DNA from: the human T2T-CHM13v2.0 reference genome, Homo sapiens
Assembly (NCBI RefSeq): GCF_009914755.1
Contig: NC_060935.1
DNA length: 64,000 nucleotides
Strand: one strand, 5' to 3'
Shown here: positions 34,749 to 51,344 of the stretch, piece after piece
Numbering within the stretch: the first letter of the stretch is position 1
Layout: every line of letters starts with the position of its first letter
The notes under the pieces: model-generated
The model's input: the letters and a program-made list of their open reading frames with translations, nothing else
Databases searched by the model: none
What the model was told of the DNA's origin: nothing
Program-made: the position numbers and the translations under genes

Positions 34749-34912
34749 TGATCTGCCCGCCTCGGCCTCCCAAAGTGCTGGAATTACAGGCATAAGCCGC
34801 TGTGCCCGGCCAAGATTTCTCTCTTGAAAAAAAATGTTCCTCTGGCAATGGAATAGAGGATGGATTAAAGGGGGCAAATTAGAGGAAAATCTGGAGCCAT
34901 TTCTAAATTCTT

Positions 34913-35570
34913 TTTTTTTTTTTTTTTCATTGATCATTCTTGGGTGTTTCTCGCAGAGGGGGATTTGGCAGGGTCATAGGACAATAGTGGAGGGAAGGTC
35001 AGCAGATAAACAAGTGAACAAAGGTCTCTGGTTTTCCTAGGCAGAGGACCCTGCGGCCTTCCGCAGTGTTTGTGTCCCTGGGTACTTGAGATTAGGGAGT
35101 GGTGATGACTCTTAACGAGCATGCTGCCTTCGAGCATTTGTTTAACAAAGCACATCTTGCACCGCCCTTAATCCATTCAACCCTGAGTGGACACAGCACA
35201 TGTTTCAGAGAGCACAGGGTTGGGGGTAAGGTCACAGATCAACAGGATCCCAAGGCAGAAGAATTTTTCTTAGTACAGAACAAGATGAAAAGTCTCCCAT
35301 GTCTACTTCCTTCTACACAGACACGGCAACCATCCGACTTCTCAATCTTTTCCCCACCTTTCCCCCCTTTCTATTCCACAAAACCGCCATTGTCATCATG
35401 GCCCGTTCTCAATGAGCTGTTGGGTACACCTCCCAGACAGGGTGGTGGCGGGGCAGAGGGGCTCCTCACTTCCCAGTAGGGGCAGCCGGGCAGAGGCGCC
35501 CCTCACCTCCCGGATGGGGCGGCTGGCCGGGCGGGGGGCTGACCCCCCCACCTCCCTCCCGGACGGGGCG
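34913..35570 (-). mobile_element. 5'-truncated SVA retrotransposon (SINE-R plus VNTR remnant)
   Basis: Poly-T, HERV-K-derived SINE-R (tgatcattcttgggtgtttctcgcagagggg...), VNTR units (ggggcggctggccgggcggggggctgacccccccacctccctcccggacggggcg); TSD TAAATTCTT at 34904-34912 and 35571-35579. Confidence 0.95.
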
Positions 35571-35612
35571 TAAATTCTTAATTCTTGCTTTTCAACTTCT
35601 TTTTGGTTTTAG

Positions 35613-35755
35613 GTTGTGGGTCTGTCTTGAACACAAATGGTGAGGTTGAAATGGATGCTAGTATCATGGATGGAAAAGACCTGTCTGCAGGAGCAGTGTC
35701 CGCAGTCCAGTGTATAGCAAATCCCATTAAACTTGCTCGGCTTGTCATGGAAAAG
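35613..35755 (+). CDS. ASRGL1: ASRGL1 exon 3
   Basis: Acceptor ttttag|, donor AAG|gtatat; (G)[47 protein letters not shown]; 143 nt, in frame with exon 2. Confidence 0.97.
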
Positions 35756-36274
35756 GTATATGTGACTAAAGCAGCCTTTTCCTAATGAATTGTTATTGTT
35801 ATACTGCAGTGATAAGGGCTCCAACTGTGCAGAAATACTTGAGATCACTGTTCTCCTAAAAATATATACAAAACAGATGCAATGTATTTGAGTTTCTCAA
35901 ATCAGCCATGATTTTTGACTAGGAATCACTTGACCAGTGAATGATTACTTTATCTTCCTGTATTTTCTTCACACCACATACAAACTGACCAGACCAGCTA
36001 TTTAATAGCATGTGTTAAAGATGGATTGAGTTCTCTAAATTTAACGTATATGTAAATCGCATCTCTAGTAATGTCCCATCAATTGGGGTCTTTTCTTTTT
36101 TAATACAAAAACTCAGTCAGGCTTTTTTCAGCATACAGAAAAGCAAACCACTGGAATTTGTATTTTTGATCCTTTGCACCCAGAGAGAAGTAATTATTTC
36201 AACACAGTTGGAACAGTTAAAAAGATTTAAAATTTTCAAAAAAACAATCATTTTCTCTTTTCTTTCTGGCTCAG

Positions 36275-36432
36275 ACACCTCATTGCTTTCTGACTGACCA
36301 AGGCGCAGCGCAGTTTGCAGCAGCTATGGGGGTTCCAGAGATTCCTGGAGAAAAACTGGTGACAGAGAGAAACAAAAAGCGCCTGGAAAAAGAGAAGCAT
36401 GAAAAAGGTGCTCAGAAAACAGATTGTCAAAA
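36275..36432 (+). CDS. ASRGL1: ASRGL1 exon 4
   Basis: Acceptor ctcag|, donor AA|gtaagt; TPHCFLTDQGAAQFAAAMGVPEIPGEKLVTERNKKRLEKEKHEKGAQKTDCQ(K); 158 nt, in frame; cumulative CDS 491 nt. Not in the ORF track. Confidence 0.96.
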
Positions 36433-36436
36433 GTAA

Positions 36437-36736
<300 letters not shown>

Positions 36737-37288
36737 TAGTAGAGGCGGGGTTTCGCCGTGTTGGCCAGGCTGGTCTCAAACTCCTGACGTCAGGTGATCC
36801 ACCTGCCTCGGCCTCCCAAAGTGCAGGGATTACAGGCGTGAGCCACCGAGCCCAGCCTCTGACATGATTTAGTAGAAGAATTTCACGTATTAATGTATCA
36901 GTTATCTGGATTCTTCTTGATCAGTTTATCTTAAATAGACTAAACAGGTTATCTGTGATCTAGTGTACCTTATAAACTTAAGTACTCTTTCATAGTTTAG
37001 AGAAATCAGCACAACTCTTAGAAATTCAAATTAGTCATTTTCTGAATTACAGTTTTCTGTTACAGATTTTGAAATCCTAAATAAAGGACTGCTTATTTAA
37101 AGCAAAATTTGAAAGTAAAATGTGAATATGGCCTGGGAGTTTATAATGGAATTAAATCTATTGACTCCGCATACTTTTTAGAGTAATGATATTTAATCAG
37201 AGGTATACCTTGTATCACCTAGGGAGCTTTTTCAAAATATGCATGTTTAGGCCACCCCGCCAGAAGAATCAGATTTAAATAGATCTGA

Positions 37289-37773
<485 letters not shown>

Positions 37774-38322
37774 TTATGCATGATTTACGTTCATTTTGAA
37801 AGATGTCACCACATTGCTTTCCAGAAATTTATTAACACCTCTCCACCAGCCACTGCTGCTTTACACGTAAGCAAGAGGGGTTCCTGCCATGGTCCCTGCA
37901 CTTTAAAGGACCCTCATACCATAAACACACAAAACAATTGACTTATTCCAGAACACATAGGACCCCTTTGTCACTCAACATTGGCACAGCTTGACCAGTA
38001 ACCCCAATCATTGCTCTTGTGACTAACACCACTCAGCCATCAAGGAAATCTCCACATCCGTTGCTCTATGTCTTGGAAGCAAAAGGCACCTGAGTTCAAA
38101 GTTTGTGGGTAGTGCCACTGTTGACATCAGAAATGGACATTGCTTTGGAGTGTGGGGAAGATTCGAACAGCAGAAGGACTTAGGTAAGAGAAAAAGACAA
38201 ATTAATTAACTGATGAAATAGATTCTTGCATCACAAAGTATTATTTCCCTGTAGTGCTAGGTATCCATTTTCTTGCCTCTCTGCATGTTGGAATATTTAG
38301 TTCTGAAGATTGTTACAGGGAG

Positions 38323-38360
38323 GGTTCTGTGGTGTAATGGTTAGCACTCTGGACTCTGAA
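38323..38360 (+). pseudogene. tRNA-Gln(CTG) 5'-half retro-pseudogene
   Basis: ggttctgtggtgtaatggttagcactctggactctgaa matches the first 38 nt of tRNA-Gln-CTG (about 2 mismatches) and stops just after the anticodon CTG (38356-38358). Confidence 0.85.
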
Positions 38361-38499
38361 GATTTTCATGAGTTAGTGTAGTGTCTGTAGAAGTTGCACA
38401 TGGGGACTGTTACTCTTCAGTTTGTGTATGGGTAGGTCTAGAACAGCACCATCCAGTAGAAATACTGTGAGAGCCACAAATGTAATTTGACATTTTCTA

Positions 38500-38760
<261 letters not shown>

Positions 38761-39263
38761 TTAATAATATATTTTATTTAACCAAATATATCCAAAATAT
38801 TTCAACATGTAATGCATATAAGAAATTATAAGATGTCTTGCTCTTTTTTTGTACTAAATCTTCAAAATCTGGTGTGTTTTACACTTACAGTACATCTCAC
38901 TGAGGACAGCCACATTTAGCTAGCAGCCACTCAGTAGCCACATGGAGCTGCAGCTTCTGTAAGTGCACAGCACAGGTCTAGACAGAACCTGTGTGAGAAA
39001 AACTGATAACAGAGAAAAACAAAAAGCTCCTGTAGTTGCTAACTCTCCGTGTTAGCAACTACATGGATGTTGACTGTTAGAATTATGAATGGTTTTATTT
39101 TGATGAAAATATTTAAAAGATGCAGTTAATTTCAAAAATACAGTGGTAAAATTTTTAGCTTTCATGTAATTTTAGCCTTTATGTATTGTATTTACTAATT
39201 ATAATTCATATTTTAACTTTAACATTAATAAAAATTTTGTATATTTTACAATTACTTTTGTAA

Positions 39264-39706
<443 letters not shown>

Positions 39707-40384
39707 TAATTATATTTCACTTTTAATCCCTTAGATTATTGAAAATGAGTATAAGTCAAGATTTTGGTAGAAAAAGAATGCTATAAAGTGGAGCTCACAA
39801 AAGAAAAAATGAAAAAGAAAGTAAAAATCTTCAAAGAAGCAGGCTGCTTGCATTTTCCAACACTGGAAGCAGTAAAAGCAAGCAGTCTTCTTCCAGGGTG
39901 ACCCACATAAAATTCACAAACAAGACATTACAAAGGTTTTGTTCAATTAAGATCTACTTATTAATCAAAACAATTAAAATTAGTAAGAAAATTATTCTCA
40001 CCAAATCCACAGTTTGAACAAGTCAGATGAAATCATGGCAACCTCCTTCTTTACTAACGGAAGATTTAATTGCTAATCATGAAGAATCACACACAATAAA
40101 ACACACACCCTGTTACAGGAATTGAGGGAAAGAGGCCGAATAAACAATTGATTTTACCGGAAACAGAAAACAATATAAAATACTGATGTAATGTTCTTGA
40201 AAGAATAATACAATGTATCCAATATTTAGCCAAGCCTAATCATTCTTTTCATGACACCGTCAGTACAGTGTGTGCAAAAAACAATGGAAATTTTCTAGGT
40301 TTCAGTAAAAGAGATTTCAAAATTTGGTAAAATGCCAAACATATAATTAAGACAAAAATAATGAAAGTAATGATCATTACCTAG

Positions 40385-41063
<679 letters not shown>

Positions 41064-41751
41064 TGAGCCACTGTGCCCAGCCCAAAGTTTTTTAATAAAA
41101 TAGTTACTCAGTTCAACTAGAGTGTACCGTGGTACTCATAGTACCATGAGTGGACCATTACTGCTTGAAGAAAAACAAGCCTAAATCATTCCATGTTTCA
41201 TTGGCTTTATATCTCCTCCTTAAAGTGTGATTTTTGAATTAAGTGAAGAATTGAAAGAAAACTTTCTGTTTTAGACACTAATTTCAAGGATTGTTGAAGG
41301 CAAGCCTGTGATAATGGAGCAAATGTGGTTGGTAAATGAGAGATGTACAAGCAAGAAGCTTGGCTAAGAATCCAGAAGCATACTATGTGACATATACAGC
41401 CCATCATTTGAAATTTGTTTCTAGGATGCATGACCTCCACTGTGCCACTAATGGTAGTGCTTTGGAACAATAGAGGGAATAAATGCAGTGTCTTCTAGAT
41501 ATGCCCAAAGATGGAATATCTTGACTAAACTTATATTTCACCCTATAACAAGTCTCAGGTGCACGATGAGAATACCAACGAAATGCTGTTGAAGTAATTA
41601 AATTGAATTTAGATAAGAAGAATTCAGCAAAACCATAAAAAGTCTTCAAAGAGCAAATCATGGACTTTAACAAAAAGTGAAATTAATTTTGAACTTGTAT
41701 TATTTAGTATAAATCTGATTTCTATTAATAAATTTAACAAAACTGTAACCA

Positions 41752-42102
41752 AAAATATATATATATTATATAAAATATATATAATATATATTATATAAAA
41801 TATATATAATATATATTATATAAAATATATAACATATATTATTTATATAATATATATTATATAAAATATATATAATATATATTATATAAAATATATAACA
41901 TATATTATATAAAATATATAATATATATTATATAATATATATTATATATTATATAAAATATATATAATATATAATATATATTATATAAAATATATAATAT
42001 ATATTATATAAAATATATATTATATATTATATAAAATATATTATATGTTATATATAAAATATAATATATATTATATATATAAATTTATATATATAAATTT
42101 AA
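41752..42102. repeat. AT-only low-complexity/minisatellite (unit like atatattatataaaatatata)
   Basis: About 350 bp almost entirely A/T with recurrent ~20-22-nt units. Confidence 0.95.
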
Positions 42103-42136
42103 ATTTTTTTTCTGGGAGTATCTACTTGCTTATCTG

Positions 42137-42140
<4 letters not shown>

Positions 42141-42187
<47 letters not shown>
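42141..42187. repeat. (CA)n microsatellite
   Basis: About 23 uninterrupted AC units. Confidence 0.95.
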
Positions 42188-42188
<1 letters not shown>

Positions 42189-42232
42189 CCATATAAATAT
42201 ATATATGTGGCTACTTCACCTTTAAAGGATTT

Positions 42233-42263
<31 letters not shown>

Positions 42264-42971
42264 GAGACAGAGTCTTGCTGTGTCACCCAGGCTGGAGTGC
42301 AGTAGCACAATCTCGGCTTACTGCAAGCTCCGCCTCCAGGGTTCACGCCATTCTCCTGCATGCCATTCTCCTGCCTCAGCCTCCCGAGTAGCTGGGACTA
42401 CAGGCGCCCGCCACCACGCCCGGCTAATTTTTTGTATTTTTAGTAGAGACGGGGTTTCACCATGTTAGCCAGGATGGTCTCAATCTCCTGACCTGATGAT
42501 CTGCCCACCTCAGCCTCCCAAAGTGCTGGGATTACAGGCGTGAACCACCATGCCTGGCCGATTTAAATTTTTTTTAAGTTTATAGAAACAAAATCAAAAC
42601 TGCATGTGAGATATACAACAAAAATGATGTTCCAACAAAATCCAGGGAAATTGAAACAAGGGAACAAAAATATTTACCTAGCTTGAAGAAAATTCATAGA
42701 GAGATAATCCCTAAACCAGTTTCTATAGAAACTATTTTTCAGTTCAGTATAAATCAGAGCATAGTATCATCTGAAGAGAGATTTGAACAAAATTGAATAA
42801 CATTCTCCTGTTTTTGATTTTCTTCAGAATATACCAGCATCAAAACCTAAAAGAATTTATCTGCATAGACCTAGATACTGTTTAAAAGATTATAAAAAGA
42901 CTATAAGTGATTGTGATTTATATGATCAAGTTAAAAATTTTAATGCACTCTGCAATCACAATTTATATATA

Positions 42972-45343
<2,372 letters not shown>

Positions 45344-45487
45344 AACTTTGGGAGGCCAAGACAGGCAGACTGCCCGAGCTCAGGAGTTGAAGACCACCCT
45401 GGGGCCAACATGGTGAAACCCCGTCTCTACTGAAAGACAAAAAATTAGCCGGGAGTGGTGGTGCATGCCCATAATCCCAGCTACTCA

Positions 45488-45589
<102 letters not shown>

Positions 45590-46259
45590 TCAAAAAAAAA
45601 AAAAAAAGTTCACCTTATATACAGTGAAACATATATACAAGAAAAATACCGATTTTTCAAGATACATTTACCACAGTAACAGGATAGAACATACTTATAA
45701 CTTCCCAATATTAAATATATGGTATGTGGGCCTCCAGTTGTATTTGTATTGTTGCCATGGCCCCTTGCAAATGTTAGAGGTGGGCCTGCCACCAGCAGGG
45801 ACTGGGAGAACCCTCCTTCCTTATCTAACAGGTAAAGGGTAACACTGTTACTTTAATTTGCTCTTCCCTTTCCCTGACAGTGAGTTTGAGCATTTTACAT
45901 TTGTTTATGGGTTTTTCCTTTTTACAAATTTGCCTAGTTTTGTCCTACACTCATTTTTTCCTTTGAATTATTTTTTCCCTTTCTTATCAGTCTCATTGTT
46001 TTTTCTTTTACTTTTTTAACATTCTTTATAGATAGATGGGATTTCTCTATGTTGCTCAGGCTGGCCTTGAGCTCCTGAGCTCAAGTGGTCCTCCTACCTC
46101 ATCCTCTTGAGTAGCAGGAACTACAGGTACAAGCCACTGTACCTGGCTCTTTCTTATGAGCCTTAAGGTTATGTTCTGCTGTAAATAAAATTTAAAAACC
46201 CAAATCTGCTGTTTTTATTTTGCTTTTGCTATGGTATTTTTGCCGTATAAAAGATTTTA

Positions 46260-46454
<195 letters not shown>

Positions 46455-46488
46455 TTACGAGGTCAGGAGATCAAGACCATCCTGGCTA

Positions 46489-46761
<273 letters not shown>

Positions 46762-46821
46762 TTACTTGAGGTCAGGAGTTTGAGACCAGTTGACCAACAT
46801 GGTGAAACCCTGTCTCTACTA

Positions 46822-46980
<159 letters not shown>

Positions 46981-47062
46981 TCAAAAGTGAAATAAAATAG
47001 GCCAGGTGCAGTGGCTCACACCTGTAATTCCAGCACTTTGGGAGGCCGAGGTGGGTGGATCA

Positions 47063-47374
<312 letters not shown>

Positions 47375-47383
47375 TTAGGGTTA

Positions 47384-47682
47384 CAGTAGCTCCCCCTATC
47401 TGCGGTTTCACTTTCTGTGCTTTCAGTTACCCACACTCAACCGCGGTCTGATGTTTTGAGAAAGAGACCACATTCACATAACTTTTACTACAGTATATTG
47501 TTTTAATTGTATTATTTTATTATTGTTAATCTCTTACTGTGCCTAATTTATCAATTAAACCTTATCATAGGTATGTACATACAGTATAGGCGAAAACAGT
47601 GTTGAGGTCAGTGCTAGCTGAGGTTTCAGGCATCCACTGAGGGTCTTGGAGCGTATCCCCTTCAAATAAGGGGGGACTACTG
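47384..47682. mobile_element. MER44/MER8-type Tigger MITE
   Basis: cagtagctccccctatc ... aataagggggggactactg inverted ends. Confidence 0.65.
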
Positions 47683-47828
47683 TTTTACACCTACTGCTGC
47701 TGTGAACACTTGTGTATGCTTTTTTGGTGAACACCTGTCCACATTTCTGATGGACAGATACACAGGTGTATAATTGCTGAGTCATGGAATGTGCATATGA
47801 TCAGTTCCAGTAGATACTGTGAAATGAT

Positions 47829-48789
47829 TGAAGGGGTGGCCTGCCCCTCCACACCTGTGGGTGTTTCTCGTCAGGTGGGACGAGAGACAGAGAAAAGAAA
47901 GAGACACAGAGACAAAGTATAGAAGAAAAGTGGGCCCAGGGGACCGGCGCTCAGCGTACGGAGGACCCACTCTGGCACTGGTCTCTGAGTTCCCTCAGTA
48001 TTTATTGATCATTATCTCTGCCATCTCGGAGAGGGGGATGTGGCAGGACAATAGGGTAATAGTGGGGAGAGGGTCAGCAGGAAAACGTGAGCAAAGGTCT
48101 CTGTGTCATAAACAAGGTTAAGAAAAGGTGCTGTGCCTTGATGTGCACGTATACAAACATCTTGGTGCATTAAAGAGCAGTATTGCCACTAGCACATCTC
48201 AGCTCTAGCCCTAAGGCTGTTTTCTCCTATCTCAGTAAATAGAACATACAATCGGGTTTTACACCCGAGACATTCCATTGCCCAGGGATGAGCAGGAGAC
48301 AGATGCCTTCCTCTTATTACAACTGCAAAGAGGCCTTCCTCTTTTACTAATCCTCCTCAGCACAGACCCTTTACGGGTGTCAGGCTGGGGGACGGTCAGG
48401 TCTTTCCCTTCCCACGAGGCCATATCTCAGGCTATCACATGGGGAGAAACCCTGGACAATATCTGGCTTTGCTAGGCAGAGGTCCCTGTGGCTTTCCGCA
48501 GTGTATTGTGTCCCTGGGTAGTTGAGATTAGAGAATGGTGATGACTTTTAACAAGCATACTGCCTTCAAGCACTTTTTTTTAACAAAGTACATCCTGTAT
48601 AGCCATAAATCCATTAAACCTTGAGTCAACACAGCACATGTCTCTGCGACACAGGGTTGGGGCTAGGGTTACAGATTAACAGCATCTCAAGGCAGAAGAA
48701 TATTTCTTAGTACAGAACAAAATGGAGTCTCTTATGTCTACTTCTTTCTACATAGACACAGTAACAGTCTGATCTCTCTTTTCCCCACA
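47829..48789 (-). mobile_element. 3' LTR (LTR5B-like) of the provirus
   Basis: 961 bp tgaagggg...ttccccaca; adjacent polypurine tract (cccttttctttttt on +) at ~48793-48805. Confidence 0.95.
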
Positions 48790-50762
48790 TAACCCTTTTC
48801 TTTTTGACAAAACTGCCATCATCATCATGGCTCGTTCTTGACGGTCGCTGTCTCTTCGGAGCTGCTGGGTACACCTGCAGACTAGCAACAGACAGAACAG
48901 GCACGCAAGGATTAATATGAAATTTACAATAATAGTACTTCCGATGGTCTTAACCCAAGTGACAGGGTTAAGATTTGTGAGACCATCAGGAACTGCTGAT
49001 TGCCTCAGTTCCTGGTACCAAATTTAAATGGGCTTTTGATGCTTTGAACATTTGCTCTTTTAATTTGGAAATGTCTAAAGTGAGATTATCTTCTCTTCCC
49101 TGTGGGTGGCGTCTAACCATGTCCCAGTGATGCTCAGACTCATTATAAACTCGGGGTGTAATACAAAAGTCCGACGTATTCCAGTCACACTGTAACTGGA
49201 AACGATGTTCTAAGCTCATGAGCCTATCTTCCATCCAAATGACAGTTTGTCTAAGATCATTAATTTGATTTGCCAATTTTTTATCAATACCAGATTGTGA
49301 ATTCCACAATCTTGTAGAATTATTGTGCCAATGGTTAACAAAGTTTACTGTCTGAACAGAAGAGTACAATGCAACTCCTGCCACAGCGGCCGTAGCTGTG
49401 ACTGCAATTAATCCCATAGTCACTGCAATTAAAGTAAAATTGAATTTTTTGGCTCTATTTAAGATGGCTTTTAGTACTTCAGTCAAAATATGGATGGATG
49501 GTGAGGCCTCCCACAGTCGGTCCATGGACACAGGGATCCACACGCCTTCTCTTGCTCTCACTAGCAGAATATGGTGTTGCCAATTAAAAGTCGAATCAAT
49601 GCAAGTAAACAATCTGCAGTTTTCGCAGGTTATAGTTTGGGAGTCTGGTTTAATAACTATATTTCCTAACACTAGCATATAAGAGGGCTTTACACAACTT
49701 TGCAAAGGAACTGTTAGACTGGAATTTAGGTCGATAGTATAAAATGGCTTACGATCTCTTGTTTCTGTAGTTTGATTTCCAGACCAAATTCTAATGCAGT
49801 ATGAGGCCACAGTAAGCCTCCATAATTCTGGATGTTCAGGACCAGAAACAGGACTTAATATTTCTGGTCTTGGAGTAGAGATTCCTTTTTCTCCCCATTC
49901 CCAAGGGTAGAAAGACTGTAATTTTATGTGCTTCTGTTTGTCTAAACTTTCTGTTAAGTCACTATTAACAGCTGGACTCACTTGTGCACTGGGACACAAT
50001 TGAGTTTGTCCTGTGCAATTGTGGTAGCATTGACCTCAAGGTGCCCAATCTGTAATAGTTCTGAATTCATCATTTTGTAATATCACCGCACTATTGGCCA
50101 CACATTCTTCCCAAACTAAAACTTCTGTGTCTTTTGATCCTTTGGGAATTTCCTTGGGGCAAGGTTTTCCTTTAGGCCTAAATTTTAATGATCTTTGATA
50201 AGGAAAGTCCTGTAAATAATTTACCTGTGGCCTGTGTGACATTCTGTTTACCATGTGATAAGTAAGTCTACTGGTGGTACTGACAGTAGGTACTGCTACC
50301 AACCAATTTTGGATTGCAGCATTAAACATCCTGGCGCATTTTTAAGTGTATCTGAGTGGGCTGGAGCCCTCGTCTGGGCCAGGAAAAAAAAAAAAGCCCT
50401 CCGATCCGTCTTTTAGTTGCTTCTCTTCCTTTTTTCTCTCTGGTTTCTCATCACTCCAACCAGCCGCAACCATGCCCAGGAAGAAGGCGGCGGTGGCGGC
50501 CTGGGAGGAGCTGAGCTCGGGCAACGGCACTGCCCACGCCAGGGCCCAGGAAACGTGGCGGCCCCGCAGCCGGAAGCGCGAGCCTCCCGAGCGCTGCAGT
50601 AGCAGCAGTGGTGGCAGCAGCAGCGGCGACGAGGACGGCCTGGAGCTCGACGGGGCCCCCGGCAGGGGCAAGCGCGCGGCGCAGCCTGTGGCAGCAGGCA
50701 AGGTGGGCGGTGCGGCTGTGGTGGTCGCCGAACCCGAGCACACCAAGAAGCATGTCAAACTT

Positions 50763-50921
50763 GAGACGTGCTGTGTTTACTCAAGGTTTAATGGATTTAG
50801 GGCTGTGCAGGCTGTGCTTTGTTAAAAAAGCGCTTGAAGGCAGTATGCTTGGTAAAAGTCATCACCATTCTCTAATCTCAAGTACCCAGGGACACAATAC
50901 ACTGCGGAAGGCCACAGGGAC
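50763..50921 (+). mobile_element. Internal LTR5 U3 fragment embedded in the RCC2 retrocopy
   Basis: gagacgtgctgtgtttactcaagg...ggccacagggac is LTR5 sequence between RCC2 codons VKLE and KCKG; no TSD, no poly-A, no LTR termini. Confidence 0.93.
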
Positions 50922-51005
50922 TTCCTCACAAAGTGCAAAGGGGAGCTTTTGATTTTGGGGGCAACCAACTGGGACTTGATTGGTCGAAAATAAGTGCCTA
51001 AACAA

Positions 51006-51344
<339 letters not shown>

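Noticed and set aside
38323-38360. Functional tRNA-Gln gene
   Set aside because: No T-arm, B box or 3' acceptor strand; only the 5' half is present.
41752-42102. AT-rich repeat array as a structured element
   Set aside because: Ordinary low-complexity AT minisatellite.
47823-47828. aatgat versus aatcca as a degenerate TSD
   Set aside because: Only 3 of 6 match and the right flank is fully explained as a copy of 42972 onward.
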